Of a DNA stretch of 44,819 nt, positions 1 to 8,510 are shown piece after piece. The notes under the pieces were generated by a model. It searched no databases, was not told the origin of the DNA, and was given only the letters and a program-made list of their open reading frames with translations. Each line of letters begins with the position of its first letter. Position 1 is the stretch's first letter. Position numbers and translations under genes: made by a program. The DNA is from an uncultured Candidatus Saccharimonadales bacterium. GTDB taxonomy: Bacteria > Patescibacteriota > Saccharimonadia > UBA4664. The stretch covers positions 1-44,819 of the forward strand of contig CAZSRA010000002.1 in NCBI GenBank assembly GCA_964609585.1, given 5' to 3'.

Positions 1-80
1 TTATCCTTCATGCTCTTTAGACTACCATAATTGTTACGGTTGCGTTATAGTGTGGCCAACTAATGTGAGCAATTTTCATC

Positions 81-362
81 ATGGCAAAACGGGTCCGAAC
101 TGAAATGAAGGGTCTGTTTATTGGTCGAGTATTACTTATTGCGCTTTTGTGCGTGGCTGTGAGCTACATTATGCGCCATACTTGGGCGTCGCCTTTTTTT
201 GAATCGGCGGCTATTGTGCTTGGAATTGTGTGGTGTATGCGGGTCATTAACACTGGTTCGGCGCGAACGTTTAGACTGATGGCGACGTTGGTTTTAGTGT
301 TGATTTGGAGCCTGCTAACTTTTTATCTGGGCGCTGCGCACGGGCTGTTTAACGGAAATTAG
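81..362 (+). CDS. Small 3-TM membrane protein (paralog of 369..641)
   Basis: 93-aa ORF with three hydrophobic segments; shares RVL..ALL..(S/G)YI..W and RL.ATL.LV motifs with the next ORF. Confidence 0.75.
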   Translation: MAKRVRTEMKGLFIGRVLLIALLCVAVSYIMRHTWASPFFESAAIVLGIVWCMRVINTGSARTFRLMATLVLVLIWSLLTFYLGAAHGLFNGN

Positions 363-368
363 AGACTG

Positions 369-641
369 ATGCCTAGGATTTCCTCGAGACAACCGCTTGT
401 TTTGCACGACCGAGTGTTGGTGGTAGCTTTATTGTTTGGCTCGTCGGGCTATATTGTGGTCGGTTCATGGGTGGGTACTACTCTGCTGGTGGCGGGTTTT
501 ATGTTGGCGGTGGTGTGGGCGTTTCGCACGGCCTCTGGTCATCCCGAGCTTAAGCTTCGGTTGCTAGCGACATTGTTGCTTGTGATGCTCGGAGCTTTTA
601 TGACGGTGTATGTAGCGGCCAAACAAGGAACGATCGGCTAA
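369..641 (+). CDS. Small 3-TM membrane protein (paralog of 81..362)
   Basis: 90-aa hydrophobic ORF starting 6 nt after the previous stop, with a collinear motif pattern. Confidence 0.75.
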   Translation: MPRISSRQPLVLHDRVLVVALLFGSSGYIVVGSWVGTTLLVAGFMLAVVWAFRTASGHPELKLRLLATLLLVMLGAFMTVYVAAKQGTIG

Positions 642-745
642 GACTCTCTGGACTTTTGGGAATTTTTGTTGCACCATACGGTCATCGTTGGATTTTCTAG
701 TTGTTATGTCCTCAGCCTAGCAGAAGGCGAGAAAAACAATGAAGG

Positions 746-1042
746 ATGAGCAGCGCAGAGCGAGACGACGGCGAATTCGGAGCTATACGAGAGGAAATAT
801 ACGCGCTATGCGAACCGCCAATCGGTTGGGCTGTGGAGCCCTTGAGGCATTTAGGCTATGTTGGCCTGAATCTCAAATTCCATAGTTTTTTCGATGACGG
901 TTACCCTCGTATGGGCTCAAATCAAAAAATGTCGCCCATTATCACTTTCGATGATGGGCGGAGGTCGGTACTGAAATACCCGGCCAACCTTTGCGATTGT
1001 GCGATCGTACTGATGAGTCCAAAAGGACGAAAGGTATCTTAG
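746..1042 (+). CDS. Hypothetical protein
   Basis: 98-aa ORF filling the intergenic gap, purine-rich upstream; its stop overlaps the convergent ftsA-like stop. Confidence 0.45.
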   Translation: MSSAERDDGEFGAIREEIYALCEPPIGWAVEPLRHLGYVGLNLKFHSFFDDGYPRMGSNQKMSPIITFDDGRRSVLKYPANLCDCAIVLMSPKGRKVS

Positions 1043-2331
1043 GCTGAAATGGCTCGTGCGAGTTTGCGCATGAGAGTGTCGGTGGTGGTTTCGCCGCCGG
1101 TTTGATCGAGGCCGAGATTGGCTAGGCCCATGGGGGTGATATCGGCGAAGCTGGTAAGTTTGCCGGTTTTGTCGATGACACGGTTTACTTCGCTGGGGCT
1201 GATGTGGTTGACCACAGGTTTGCGGGCGAAGGGTAGGGTTTTGTACCAATCTTTGCCTTTGAGTGCGTCCATGATCTGAGGAAGGCCGGTGCCGCCGCCG
1301 CAGAGCAGGATTTTGGCGGGGAGGTGGTCGACGCGGTCGAATTCCGCCAGCGAGAGCTCTACACCAGAAAGCCAGACTTGGATGTCGGCGTTCACGGCTT
1401 CTTCGACGATTTTGGTGGCTTTAGGCGTGAGTTTACCGGCGCCGTAGGCGATTTTCATGGCCTCGGCTTTTTCGAAACTACAATTGGCGACCTGGGCAAT
1501 GCGCTTGGTGAAGGCCCGACCGCCGATTGCGAACATTTTGGTGCCTTCGACTCCCCCATTGTTTACGAGGGCAATGTCGGTGGTGCCACCGCCAATGTCG
1601 ATGAAGATGGCGGAAAATTCGCCGGAATCTTGACCGCCTACGGATTTGGCCACAGCGAAGGGCTCGGCGGCGATGGAGACGAGGTTGAGATCGAGGTCGC
1701 CGGCGACACTTTGGAGGGCGCCGAGGTGAACCATAGGGGCGAAGGCGTTGAAGAGCTGGATGGACACGTCGCGACCCTGGAAGCCGATGGGATTGGTGAC
1801 GCGGTAGCCGTCGATTTGAACGTCGACGATGGCGGTGTTGACGAGCTTGACCTCGAGCTCTTTGTAGCCGGTTTCCCAGGTGAGTTGCTCACGGGCGCGT
1901 TCGAAGGCGCGGTACTGGACGCGGTCGAGGATTTTGCGGAGTTCGGTCATGTCGATGGGGTCGGAAGGGGTGGCGCGTTTGTAGCGTACGATGGTGCTGG
2001 CGCCTTTCACGAGCTCGCCGGCGATGCCAATGACGACGTCTTTGGCCACGACGCCGGACATTTTTTCGGCCATTTTCAGGGCGGAGTCGCAGTTTTCGAC
2101 CACGCCGGTGATGTCGGTGACGGCGCCGGATTGCATATCGGTGAGACGCTGACGCTGCCGGCCGACACCCAGAATTTCAACGCGCGAAGGCGCGCCGGAA
2201 GCGGGATCGACAATAACTTGGCCAATAAGGGCTTTCACAAATTCGGTACCGATATCGAGCGCTACAAGATAGCGAGGCCCGGGAGCTTTACTCCGGAGTT
2301 TGACGAATTTTTCGAGTAGTTTGAGGGCCAT
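1039..2331 (-). CDS. ftsA: FtsA-family actin-like ATPase
   Basis: ALDIGTE phosphate-1, FIDIGGGTTD phosphate-2 and LLCGGG adenosine motifs; C-terminal amphipathic LMRKLARAISA; no ftsZ adjacent, so it may be a paralog. Confidence 0.85.
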   Translation of the reverse strand: MALKLLEKFVKLRSKAPGPRYLVALDIGTEFVKALIGQVIVDPASGAPSRVEILGVGRQRQRLTDMQSGAVTDITGVVENCDSALKMAEKMSGVVAKDVVIGIAGELVKGASTIVRYKRATPSDPIDMTELRKILDRVQYRAFERAREQLTWETGYKELEVKLVNTAIVDVQIDGYRVTNPIGFQGRDVSIQLFNAFAPMVHLGALQSVAGDLDLNLVSIAAEPFAVAKSVGGQDSGEFSAIFIDIGGGTTDIALVNNGGVEGTKMFAIGGRAFTKRIAQVANCSFEKAEAMKIAYGAGKLTPKATKIVEEAVNADIQVWLSGVELSLAEFDRVDHLPAKILLCGGGTGLPQIMDALKGKDWYKTLPFARKPVVNHISPSEVNRVIDKTGKLTSFADITPMGLANLGLDQTGGETTTDTLMRKLARAISA

Positions 2332-2352
2332 AGGTGTCGCTTTATGGTTGTT

Positions 2353-2367
2353 ATTGTAGCGCTTATG
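2353..2367 (-). promoter_or_regulatory. Putative -10 (TACAAT) preceded by CATAAGCGC motif for the ftsA-like gene
   Basis: Minus strand reads CATAAGCGCTACAAT; near-identical to CATAAGCGCTATGAT upstream of tpiA. Confidence 0.55.
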
Positions 2368-2405
2368 GTCCCTAGTGCCAAACTGGGGTTAATGAGTGTC
2401 CACAT

Positions 2406-2526
2406 GGGGCCTGGTTGTTTGGCTTCAAGAACACATTCTCGCTTGGTGAGCGAACTCGCCCCTCTGGCTAAGTGGTTGCGCGGCGTTGTCTGGGCTCACT
2501 GGCACGAGAATGTGTTTTTTCGCCCC
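2406..2526. repeat. Nested-palindrome dispersed element, copy A
   Basis: Perfect IR aacacattctcg (2430-2441)/cgagaatgtgtt (2505-2516), inner gtgagc/gctcac and cgcc/ggcg stems; the 16-mer gtgagcgaactcgccc is identical to 22849-22864. Confidence 0.75.
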
Positions 2527-2550
2527 ACCCTGGGTGCGAGCTTTTGAAGG

Positions 2551-2799
2551 CTAGGGCGTTGGATTTGATTGTGGAGTAGCTAGCGGGGCGACGGTGGGTG
2601 TGGGAGTGGCGGCCAGGGCGGCTCTGGCTTGTTGGACTTGGCGTTTGAGGCTGTCATTGTCACCAACGAGACTAGCGTTGGTTTGATCTAGGTCGCTAGC
2701 GTGGCGGACGAGCACGTAGCCTCCCGCCCCGGCGCCGATGATGAGTACGGCAATGACACACCAGAGGAGAAATACGAGGTTACGATAGGGATCTTTCAT
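2551..2799 (-). CDS. Small membrane-anchored protein (TM, coiled coil, Pro/Thr tail)
   Basis: N-terminal TM helix, heptad-like segment, PTPT tail; same N-terminal architecture as 2820..3464. Confidence 0.7.
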   Translation of the reverse strand: MKDPYRNLVFLLWCVIAVLIIGAGAGGYVLVRHASDLDQTNASLVGDNDSLKRQVQQARAALAATPTPTVAPLATPQSNPTP

Positions 2800-2819
2800 T
2801 TTGACTAGCTTTCGTTTAG

Positions 2820-3464
2820 TTAATTTGACAGGGTGGGAAGGACGCTATTTTGAACGGCGGCGCGAGCTGCGGCCAAGGTATCGCGGCCGGCTTGATCGGT
2901 GGCGCAGTAGCCGGTGGGCTTAAGGTAATAGTATTTGTAGGTGCCAATGGTTTTAATGGGTATATCAAGGGCCGAGACGCTTTCACTTGGCTTTTTTTGG
3001 ACAATAAGACCAAGGGCATTGTTGGCCGAGGTGGGCTTGCAGCCAGAATATTTGGATATGAGGCTTCGGGTGGTGAGGGCCGCTACTTGAAAAGCTCCGG
3101 ATGGGACGAGGCCGTAGGTAAGGTCGGTGACGGGATCGGCCACCGAGAGGTGGACGCCGTATTCGCTTAAAGTGATGAGAGCGGTGCCGGCGACCGCAGG
3201 ACTTGGGCTAGGAACTGTGGTGGGCGCCGGGGAGCTCACGGCCACTGGGCTGGGTGAAGGTGAGTTTGATGGCAGCGGGGTGGGACTCGCCTGCGTGTTT
3301 TGATTTACTTGGTAGCGCAGGTCGGTTATTTCTCCCTGAAGGAGTTTTTCGTTTTGGGCCGCGTGTTGGCTTTGGGTAATATTAAGAAAGACGGAAGCTG
3401 CAAAACCGAGCCCAAGGGTAACCATTATGATGATGGGTAATTTTATGAACCCCCTGCTGGTCAT
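2820..3464 (-). CDS. TM-anchored surface protein with Pro/Ser linker and 2-Cys C-terminal domain
   Basis: TM, coiled coil, PSPSP linker, then EYGV...C...NALG...TIG.Y.Y...C domain shared with 3513..4067. Confidence 0.8.
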   Translation of the reverse strand: MTSRGFIKLPIIIMVTLGLGFAASVFLNITQSQHAAQNEKLLQGEITDLRYQVNQNTQASPTPLPSNSPSPSPVAVSSPAPTTVPSPSPAVAGTALITLSEYGVHLSVADPVTDLTYGLVPSGAFQVAALTTRSLISKYSGCKPTSANNALGLIVQKKPSESVSALDIPIKTIGTYKYYYLKPTGYCATDQAGRDTLAAARAAVQNSVLPTLSN

Positions 3465-3512
3465 CTGATACTGCCTGTAATTTAAGCTTATTTTTAAAGT
3501 ATATCAGATGGT

Positions 3513-4067
3513 TTAGCGAGAAACGGCCGCTAGAGAGTCGAGGCTTGCGATAATGGCCGAAGTTTCGCGGTTTACAATGGTGTGTCCGGCTTCAGTGTCG
3601 GAGCAGGAAGTTTGGGGGAGGGTGTAAGTGTACTCGTAGGGGCCGATGGTGCCAATGAAATATTGGATGGAACCGCCGTGCTTGGAGCTTGTGAATGTTC
3701 CAAGTGGTGCGCGCATCAATACGCCAAGGGCATTTTGGCTGGCATGGCAGGTAGCACTCAGAGCGGCTAGGTCGGCCGAACTTATGCCAACGGTATTTCC
3801 GGGGCGAGTGGTGTATTTGAGCGTCGGAAGCTCGGGTGCGAGTGGCGTGGTGAGCTGAACGCCCCAATCGGCGAAGGCGAGCACCTGGGTGCCGCGAACA
3901 CTCGGAGTAGCTGTGGTTTCGGCGGCAGTAAATTCCTCGGCGTCCACTTGATGGACATGATCGAACACCGATCCAGCTAGTGTACTGAGCAGCGCTACAC
4001 CAATAGCTACAAGAAAAATAGGCCATAACTCACGTATGGGGGCGAGGCGCCCGAGGGATAATCTCAT
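3513..4067 (-). CDS. TM-anchored surface protein, paralog of 2820..3464
   Basis: TM helix then DWGV...C...NALG...TIG.Y.Y...C domain. Confidence 0.8.
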   Translation of the reverse strand: MRLSLGRLAPIRELWPIFLVAIGVALLSTLAGSVFDHVHQVDAEEFTAAETTATPSVRGTQVLAFADWGVQLTTPLAPELPTLKYTTRPGNTVGISSADLAALSATCHASQNALGVLMRAPLGTFTSSKHGGSIQYFIGTIGPYEYTYTLPQTSCSDTEAGHTIVNRETSAIIASLDSLAAVSR

Positions 4068-4267
4068 CGTTGCTCCACAACTTAGATTAGCTGTATTGTA
4101 ACAAACTTATGCTTTGGGAGCGAGCGTTTAACTTCGCCTCCTTGACGGTCACTTTACCAACGTCTTGTTATTTTTTAATAATGGTTTTGTTGTATATTTT
4201 TTTGTTTACCCCATAATGGCTAGGCAGGAAATTCCTGAGCTCTACTTCTTGGACTGGAGAAATCTCC

Positions 4268-5653
4268 ATGAAAAAACAGTCGGTTCCAAGGGCTCCAGCT
4301 GAACGACGGCTGAATCCAAGCATCTCCGTGAAGCAGGCGGTGGCCCTCACGCTGGCATGGGTGGCTCCGACGGTAACAGTTGTCCTGGCCGGTACTGTTG
4401 TTTTCGGTATTGCCGGCACGGGCGCGGTGGACGCCACGCTCATCGTCGGCGCCTGCGCCATACTCACCGGGTTCTGCCTGGCCGAACTCGGGATGATGTA
4501 TCCATCGGCCGGCGGCGTATACGCGCTAGCCAGGAGAGTGCTCCCGGGGCCGCTCGTGTGGCTCGTGACGCTCTGCACGCTCATGGTTGGCGTGGTGGCG
4601 ATGCCGATCATCGCCGTGGGGATCGCCCCGTTCATTAAGGGGCTCATCCCTGCACTCAGCGGCGTCGACAACCACCTGATCGCTATAGTTGCCCTAGCGA
4701 TGGCAGCCGTTATTGCCGTGGTCCGGGTGGAACTGGGCGCAGCAGTCACGAGTGTGATGATCGTGGTAGAATCTGTGGTCCTGGGCACAATCGTGCTTGC
4801 GGCACTGATTCATCCGCATCACTCGGTAGGCGGCATCATCACTCACCCGGTCATGCTCGGCACCGGAAACACTCTGGTGCCTACCACAACTGGCCCGATG
4901 CTCATGGTGACCGCGATCACCTTCGCCCTGATCTGCAACTACGAGGCTGCGCTTGCGTACGCCGAAGAGCTGAAGGGGGGCGATAAGTCCCTGGCGAAAG
5001 CCGTCATGTGGAGTACTGTCTTGTCCATCGTGCTGATCGGCGGGCCCCTGGCAGCGGCAGCTATCGCGGCACCCAATCTGGCGGCGTTCTTCCAATCGGG
5101 GACGCCGGTACTGGTTTCGATCTCGGCGGCGTTCGGCCCGGGGTTGGCGGCGTTCATCAACGCCGGCATCGTCGTGGCGCTCTTCACTTCAATGGTGGGA
5201 GGCTTCCTGTACTTCGGGCGCATCCTGTACGACACGGGTCGTGAAGGGCTCTGGCCCACGAGGGGCGCAAACCGACGACTGGCACAGCTCAATCGGTTCA
5301 ATTCCCCGAGCTGGGGTGTGGGGGTCCTGGCGATTATCGCGGTGCCTTTCGCGTTTTTCGCCCTGCTTAGCTGGCTCGTCGCCTTCCTGGCGATCCTGAT
5401 CGCCATCTTGTATGGCCTCATGGGTTTCGCAGGCCTGTGGGCGCGTCTGAGCCCTCAGCACAAATCGGTGCACCGACCGTACAAGATGCCGCTGTGGCGG
5501 ATCACTCCGGTGCTGGTAATGCTGAGTTCGGCCTTCGCAATCGCGAAGCAAGATGCTCAGTACTGGGTGGGTGGCGGCTGCGTTGTAATGGTCGCCATCC
5601 TGGCGTGGGCCTGGGGACTGAGACATCCCTCAAGTGCCCCATCCGACTCGTAG
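4268..5653 (+). CDS. APC-superfamily amino acid/polyamine permease
   Basis: About 12 hydrophobic segments; AELGMMYPSAGGVY motif, YEAA..YAEE, RILY..GREG and RPYKMPLW; SD GGAG upstream. Confidence 0.9.
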   Translation: MKKQSVPRAPAERRLNPSISVKQAVALTLAWVAPTVTVVLAGTVVFGIAGTGAVDATLIVGACAILTGFCLAELGMMYPSAGGVYALARRVLPGPLVWLVTLCTLMVGVVAMPIIAVGIAPFIKGLIPALSGVDNHLIAIVALAMAAVIAVVRVELGAAVTSVMIVVESVVLGTIVLAALIHPHHSVGGIITHPVMLGTGNTLVPTTTGPMLMVTAITFALICNYEAALAYAEELKGGDKSLAKAVMWSTVLSIVLIGGPLAAAAIAAPNLAAFFQSGTPVLVSISAAFGPGLAAFINAGIVVALFTSMVGGFLYFGRILYDTGREGLWPTRGANRRLAQLNRFNSPSWGVGVLAIIAVPFAFFALLSWLVAFLAILIAILYGLMGFAGLWARLSPQHKSVHRPYKMPLWRITPVLVMLSSAFAIAKQDAQYWVGGGCVVMVAILAWAWGLRHPSSAPSDS

Positions 5654-5682
5654 TTAGTTTAGAGCAAGTCCCCTACTACACC

Positions 5683-5712
5683 GGCCCCTGCGCGATTTTT
5701 CGCGCAGGGGCC
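5683..5712. terminator. Hairpin between convergent genes (probable bidirectional terminator)
   Basis: 13-bp perfect IR ggcccctgcgcga/tcgcgcaggggcc. Confidence 0.7.
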
Positions 5713-5733
5713 TTTAACGATATTCTTTATAGA

Positions 5734-6063
5734 TTAGATGCCGATTTCAAGCTGCCACTGCACGGGTATGATCGTGAGGTTGATGGGCTCAGTTACGTTG
5801 TGGTCGACTTTCCATTGCTTGATTTTGGCCACGAGAGGTTTTGAGAGGAGGCTGGCATCATCTTGAGGAACTTTGTGAGCAGACATTTCGATTATGATGT
5901 CCACAGGATCGATGCCGATACGAATTTGTGAAGCATTGGCCCAGGCATAAACTTCGGCAATGCCAGTAACTTCTTTCGTATACTCGACCACATCGGTGGT
6001 GAGACGGGTAATTTGCTCGGCGGTAAATTTTTCGGGATCATATTCGACGCGAATAATAGGCAT
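5734..6063 (-). CDS. Tautomerase/MIF-superfamily (CHMI-like) protein
   Basis: N-terminal M-P-I-I-R-V-E gives a candidate catalytic Pro1; two beta-alpha-beta units in about 109 aa; SD AAGGA; directly downstream of alaS. Confidence 0.6.
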   Translation of the reverse strand: MPIIRVEYDPEKFTAEQITRLTTDVVEYTKEVTGIAEVYAWANASQIRIGIDPVDIIIEMSAHKVPQDDASLLSKPLVAKIKQWKVDHNVTEPINLTIIPVQWQLEIGI

Positions 6064-6073
6064 GCGAAATTCC

Positions 6074-8017
6074 TTACTCTAAAACGGCTTTGATCCGGCG
6101 AATGCCAGCGGAGCTGGATTCTTCTTTTTTGATCTTGAATTTTTTGCCGCCTTCGGCGAGAGCGCCGGTGTGAGTGACGTGCGGGCCGCCGCAGATTTCT
6201 TTGGAGTACCATTCCCCTGCTGGGTCGCCGGCAGTGTAGACTTTGACGGTGTCGCCGTATTTGTCGCCAAACGCACCGAGAGCGCCTTCTTTGAAGGCCT
6301 GCGGGGTAGGGATTTCGCGGTAGCTCATGGGCCAGTCGCGCGCAATGTTGTCGTTGACGATCTTTTCAACTTCAGCAATTTGCTCGGGCGTCATTTTTTC
6401 GGGATGAGAAAAGTCGAAGCGTAGGCGCTCAGGGGTGATGTTTGAGCCGCGTTGGATTACATGATCGCCGAGGACGAGGCGGAGGGCCTTGTACATGAGG
6501 TGGGTGGCAGTGTGATATTTGGTGCTGACTTCACCATGATCAGCTAGACCGCCTTTGAACTGGCCGACGGTGGCGGTGCGGGAGCGGGCTTTTTGCTCGG
6601 CCATGAGGCGATCGAAATCCTCTCGCCAATTATCGTATATGTCTACTTTAGACATATGAGTGTTTTCGCGTTCGCGGCTTATGGATTCGATCTCTTCTAG
6701 AGAAAGCTCTACCGGGAATCCGTACGTGTCGAAAAGTTCAAAGATTGTCTGGCCATCGAGAGTTTTGGTTTGATGGTCGGCTCGATCTGAACTGGGGGAA
6801 AATCGTCGTCGCAGTTCTTTTACACCCCGCTCGAGTGTCGTGCGGAATTGATGCTCTTCACGTACAAGCGTATGAATGATTGATTCTTCGTGGGCTGCAA
6901 TTTCGGGGAAATCAGCGCGATAGAGCTCGGTGATAACGGGCACAACGAGCGAGAGGAAGTCTTCGCGCAGATCGAGCGTGAGGGCCTGGCGAATGGCACG
7001 GCGCAGGAAGCGACGCATGACATAACCCTGATCGGTATTGCTGGGGACAACGCCGTCGACGGCTAGGAAAACTGCCGCGCGCAAATGGTCGGCGATGACG
7101 CGCATGGGGATGAGGTTTTGGTGGTAATGTTTGCCGGAGAGGTCTTGGAGTTTTTCGATGATGGGCCATAGAAGGCTGATTTTGAATACGTCGGGGTCGC
7201 CGATGGCCGCAGCGGCGATGCGTTCGAGGCCAGAGCCGTGGTCGATGTTGGGTTTTTCGAGGGGCTCGAATTTGCCTTGCGCGACTTTTTTGTAGGCCAT
7301 GAAGACGTTGTTGCCGATTTCCATGAAGCGGCCGCAATCGCAGTTGGGGTGGCAGTATTCGCCGAAAGATGGGTCGTGGGGCGTGCCGAAGTCGTAGAAC
7401 ATTTCAGAATCGGGGCCGCAGGGGTCGCCGACGGGGGTGGTTTTGGGGCCGCCGTTGCGACTCCACCAGTTCTTTTTGCCATCGTAGTAGAAGATGCGCT
7501 CACCGGGCTTGATACCGCGGGCATAACCATCTTTTTCGGAACCGATGTCGGCTACATCTGCCTCGATGTCTACGGATTTAAAGAGTTTTTGCCAGAGTTT
7601 GGCAGCCTCAGTGTCTTTGGGGACATCGTATTCGGGAGCGCCGATGAAGCAGGTGACATAGAGGTTTTTGGGGTCGAGTTTTACGACCTGGGTGAGGAAC
7701 TCCCACATCCAAGGGATTTGTTCGCCTTTGAAATAGTCGCCGAGCGACCAGTTGCCCAGCATTTCGAAGGCGGTGGTGTGGCGATTGTCGCCGACTTCAT
7801 CGATGTCTTCGGCGCGAAAGCAGACTTGAGAGTCGGCCAAACGCACCCCGGCCGGGTGGGTGGCACCGAGCAGGTATGGGATCATGGGCTGCATGCCGGA
7901 GCCGGTGAAGAGGGTGGTAGCATCTTCTTTGGGTACGATGTTGGCCCGCGGAATGATAGCATGCATGCGCTCTTCGAAGAACTTGAGATAGGCTTTGCGG
8001 ATGTCTTGAGCTGTCAT
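6074..8017 (-). CDS. alaS: Alanine--tRNA ligase, short form lacking C-Ala
   Basis: LFTGSGMQP, HTTAFEMLGNWSLGDYFK, PCGPDSE, GLER, DHLRA, DTYGFP; editing HTATH and CGGPH; ends at GIRRIKAVLE; start moved to MTAQDIR (8017), 7 nt from TACAAT. Confidence 0.97.
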   Translation of the reverse strand: MTAQDIRKAYLKFFEERMHAIIPRANIVPKEDATTLFTGSGMQPMIPYLLGATHPAGVRLADSQVCFRAEDIDEVGDNRHTTAFEMLGNWSLGDYFKGEQIPWMWEFLTQVVKLDPKNLYVTCFIGAPEYDVPKDTEAAKLWQKLFKSVDIEADVADIGSEKDGYARGIKPGERIFYYDGKKNWWSRNGGPKTTPVGDPCGPDSEMFYDFGTPHDPSFGEYCHPNCDCGRFMEIGNNVFMAYKKVAQGKFEPLEKPNIDHGSGLERIAAAAIGDPDVFKISLLWPIIEKLQDLSGKHYHQNLIPMRVIADHLRAAVFLAVDGVVPSNTDQGYVMRRFLRRAIRQALTLDLREDFLSLVVPVITELYRADFPEIAAHEESIIHTLVREEHQFRTTLERGVKELRRRFSPSSDRADHQTKTLDGQTIFELFDTYGFPVELSLEEIESISRERENTHMSKVDIYDNWREDFDRLMAEQKARSRTATVGQFKGGLADHGEVSTKYHTATHLMYKALRLVLGDHVIQRGSNITPERLRFDFSHPEKMTPEQIAEVEKIVNDNIARDWPMSYREIPTPQAFKEGALGAFGDKYGDTVKVYTAGDPAGEWYSKEICGGPHVTHTGALAEGGKKFKIKKEESSSAGIRRIKAVLE

Positions 8018-8101
8018 GGGGGCTATTGTAGCAGATTTGGGTCTTGTGTCATTATTGCAAGGTTCAGAAAATGTGTTTGCCTTCATGCAAAAGGATGATT
8101 C

Positions 8102-8440
8102 ATGTCGAACGAATTTCCCAGCATTGTCGTGGAGGCCACACCCGACAAGCTGGACAGCATCGCACCCCGCAAGTACGCCGAAATCGTATTGTGGTTAGCG
8201 GCGGCGATTAGGCGGCTTGACCGGCCCTCGATAGACTTGTGGGGTGTCTTGTCGGAGGGCGACCCAAATGTACAGACCGCCGATCCTGGCAAACGAAGGA
8301 TCGCTTATGTGATCGTTGTGGTCGACAAAAACATATGGGCGATTTGCCTCACTAGCCTCGATCATGATGATGGAAGCTGCACGATTGCCGGCCACCCCAT
8401 GACACTCGAGGAATCCGCGCTACCCTGGATTCCGGTCTAA
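8102..8440 (+). CDS. Orphan hypothetical protein inserted between mnmA and alaS
   Basis: 112-aa ORF, AAGGA SD, followed by an 11-bp hairpin. Confidence 0.65.
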   Translation: MSNEFPSIVVEATPDKLDSIAPRKYAEIVLWLAAAIRRLDRPSIDLWGVLSEGDPNVQTADPGKRRIAYVIVVVDKNIWAICLTSLDHDDGSCTIAGHPMTLEESALPWIPV

Positions 8441-8460
8441 TGAACCGGCGGCTGAACAAA

Positions 8461-8485
8461 CCGGGTCGGCCTATGGCCGACCCGG
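8461..8485. terminator. Hairpin between convergent genes
   Basis: ccgggtcggcc-tat-ggccgacccgg perfect IR. Confidence 0.65.
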
Positions 8486-8510
8486 GGGAACGCAATTATT
8501 TTAGGTGGAT

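Noticed and set aside
1324..2319. 331-aa antisense ORF over ftsA-like (likewise 7238..8098, 16319..17605, 25000..25779)
   Set aside because: Shadow frames produced by the C-ending codon bias of the real minus-strand genes; no motifs or start signals
2344..2547. 67-aa plus-strand ORF
   Set aside because: Runs through the ftsA promoter and palindromic element A; better explained as non-coding
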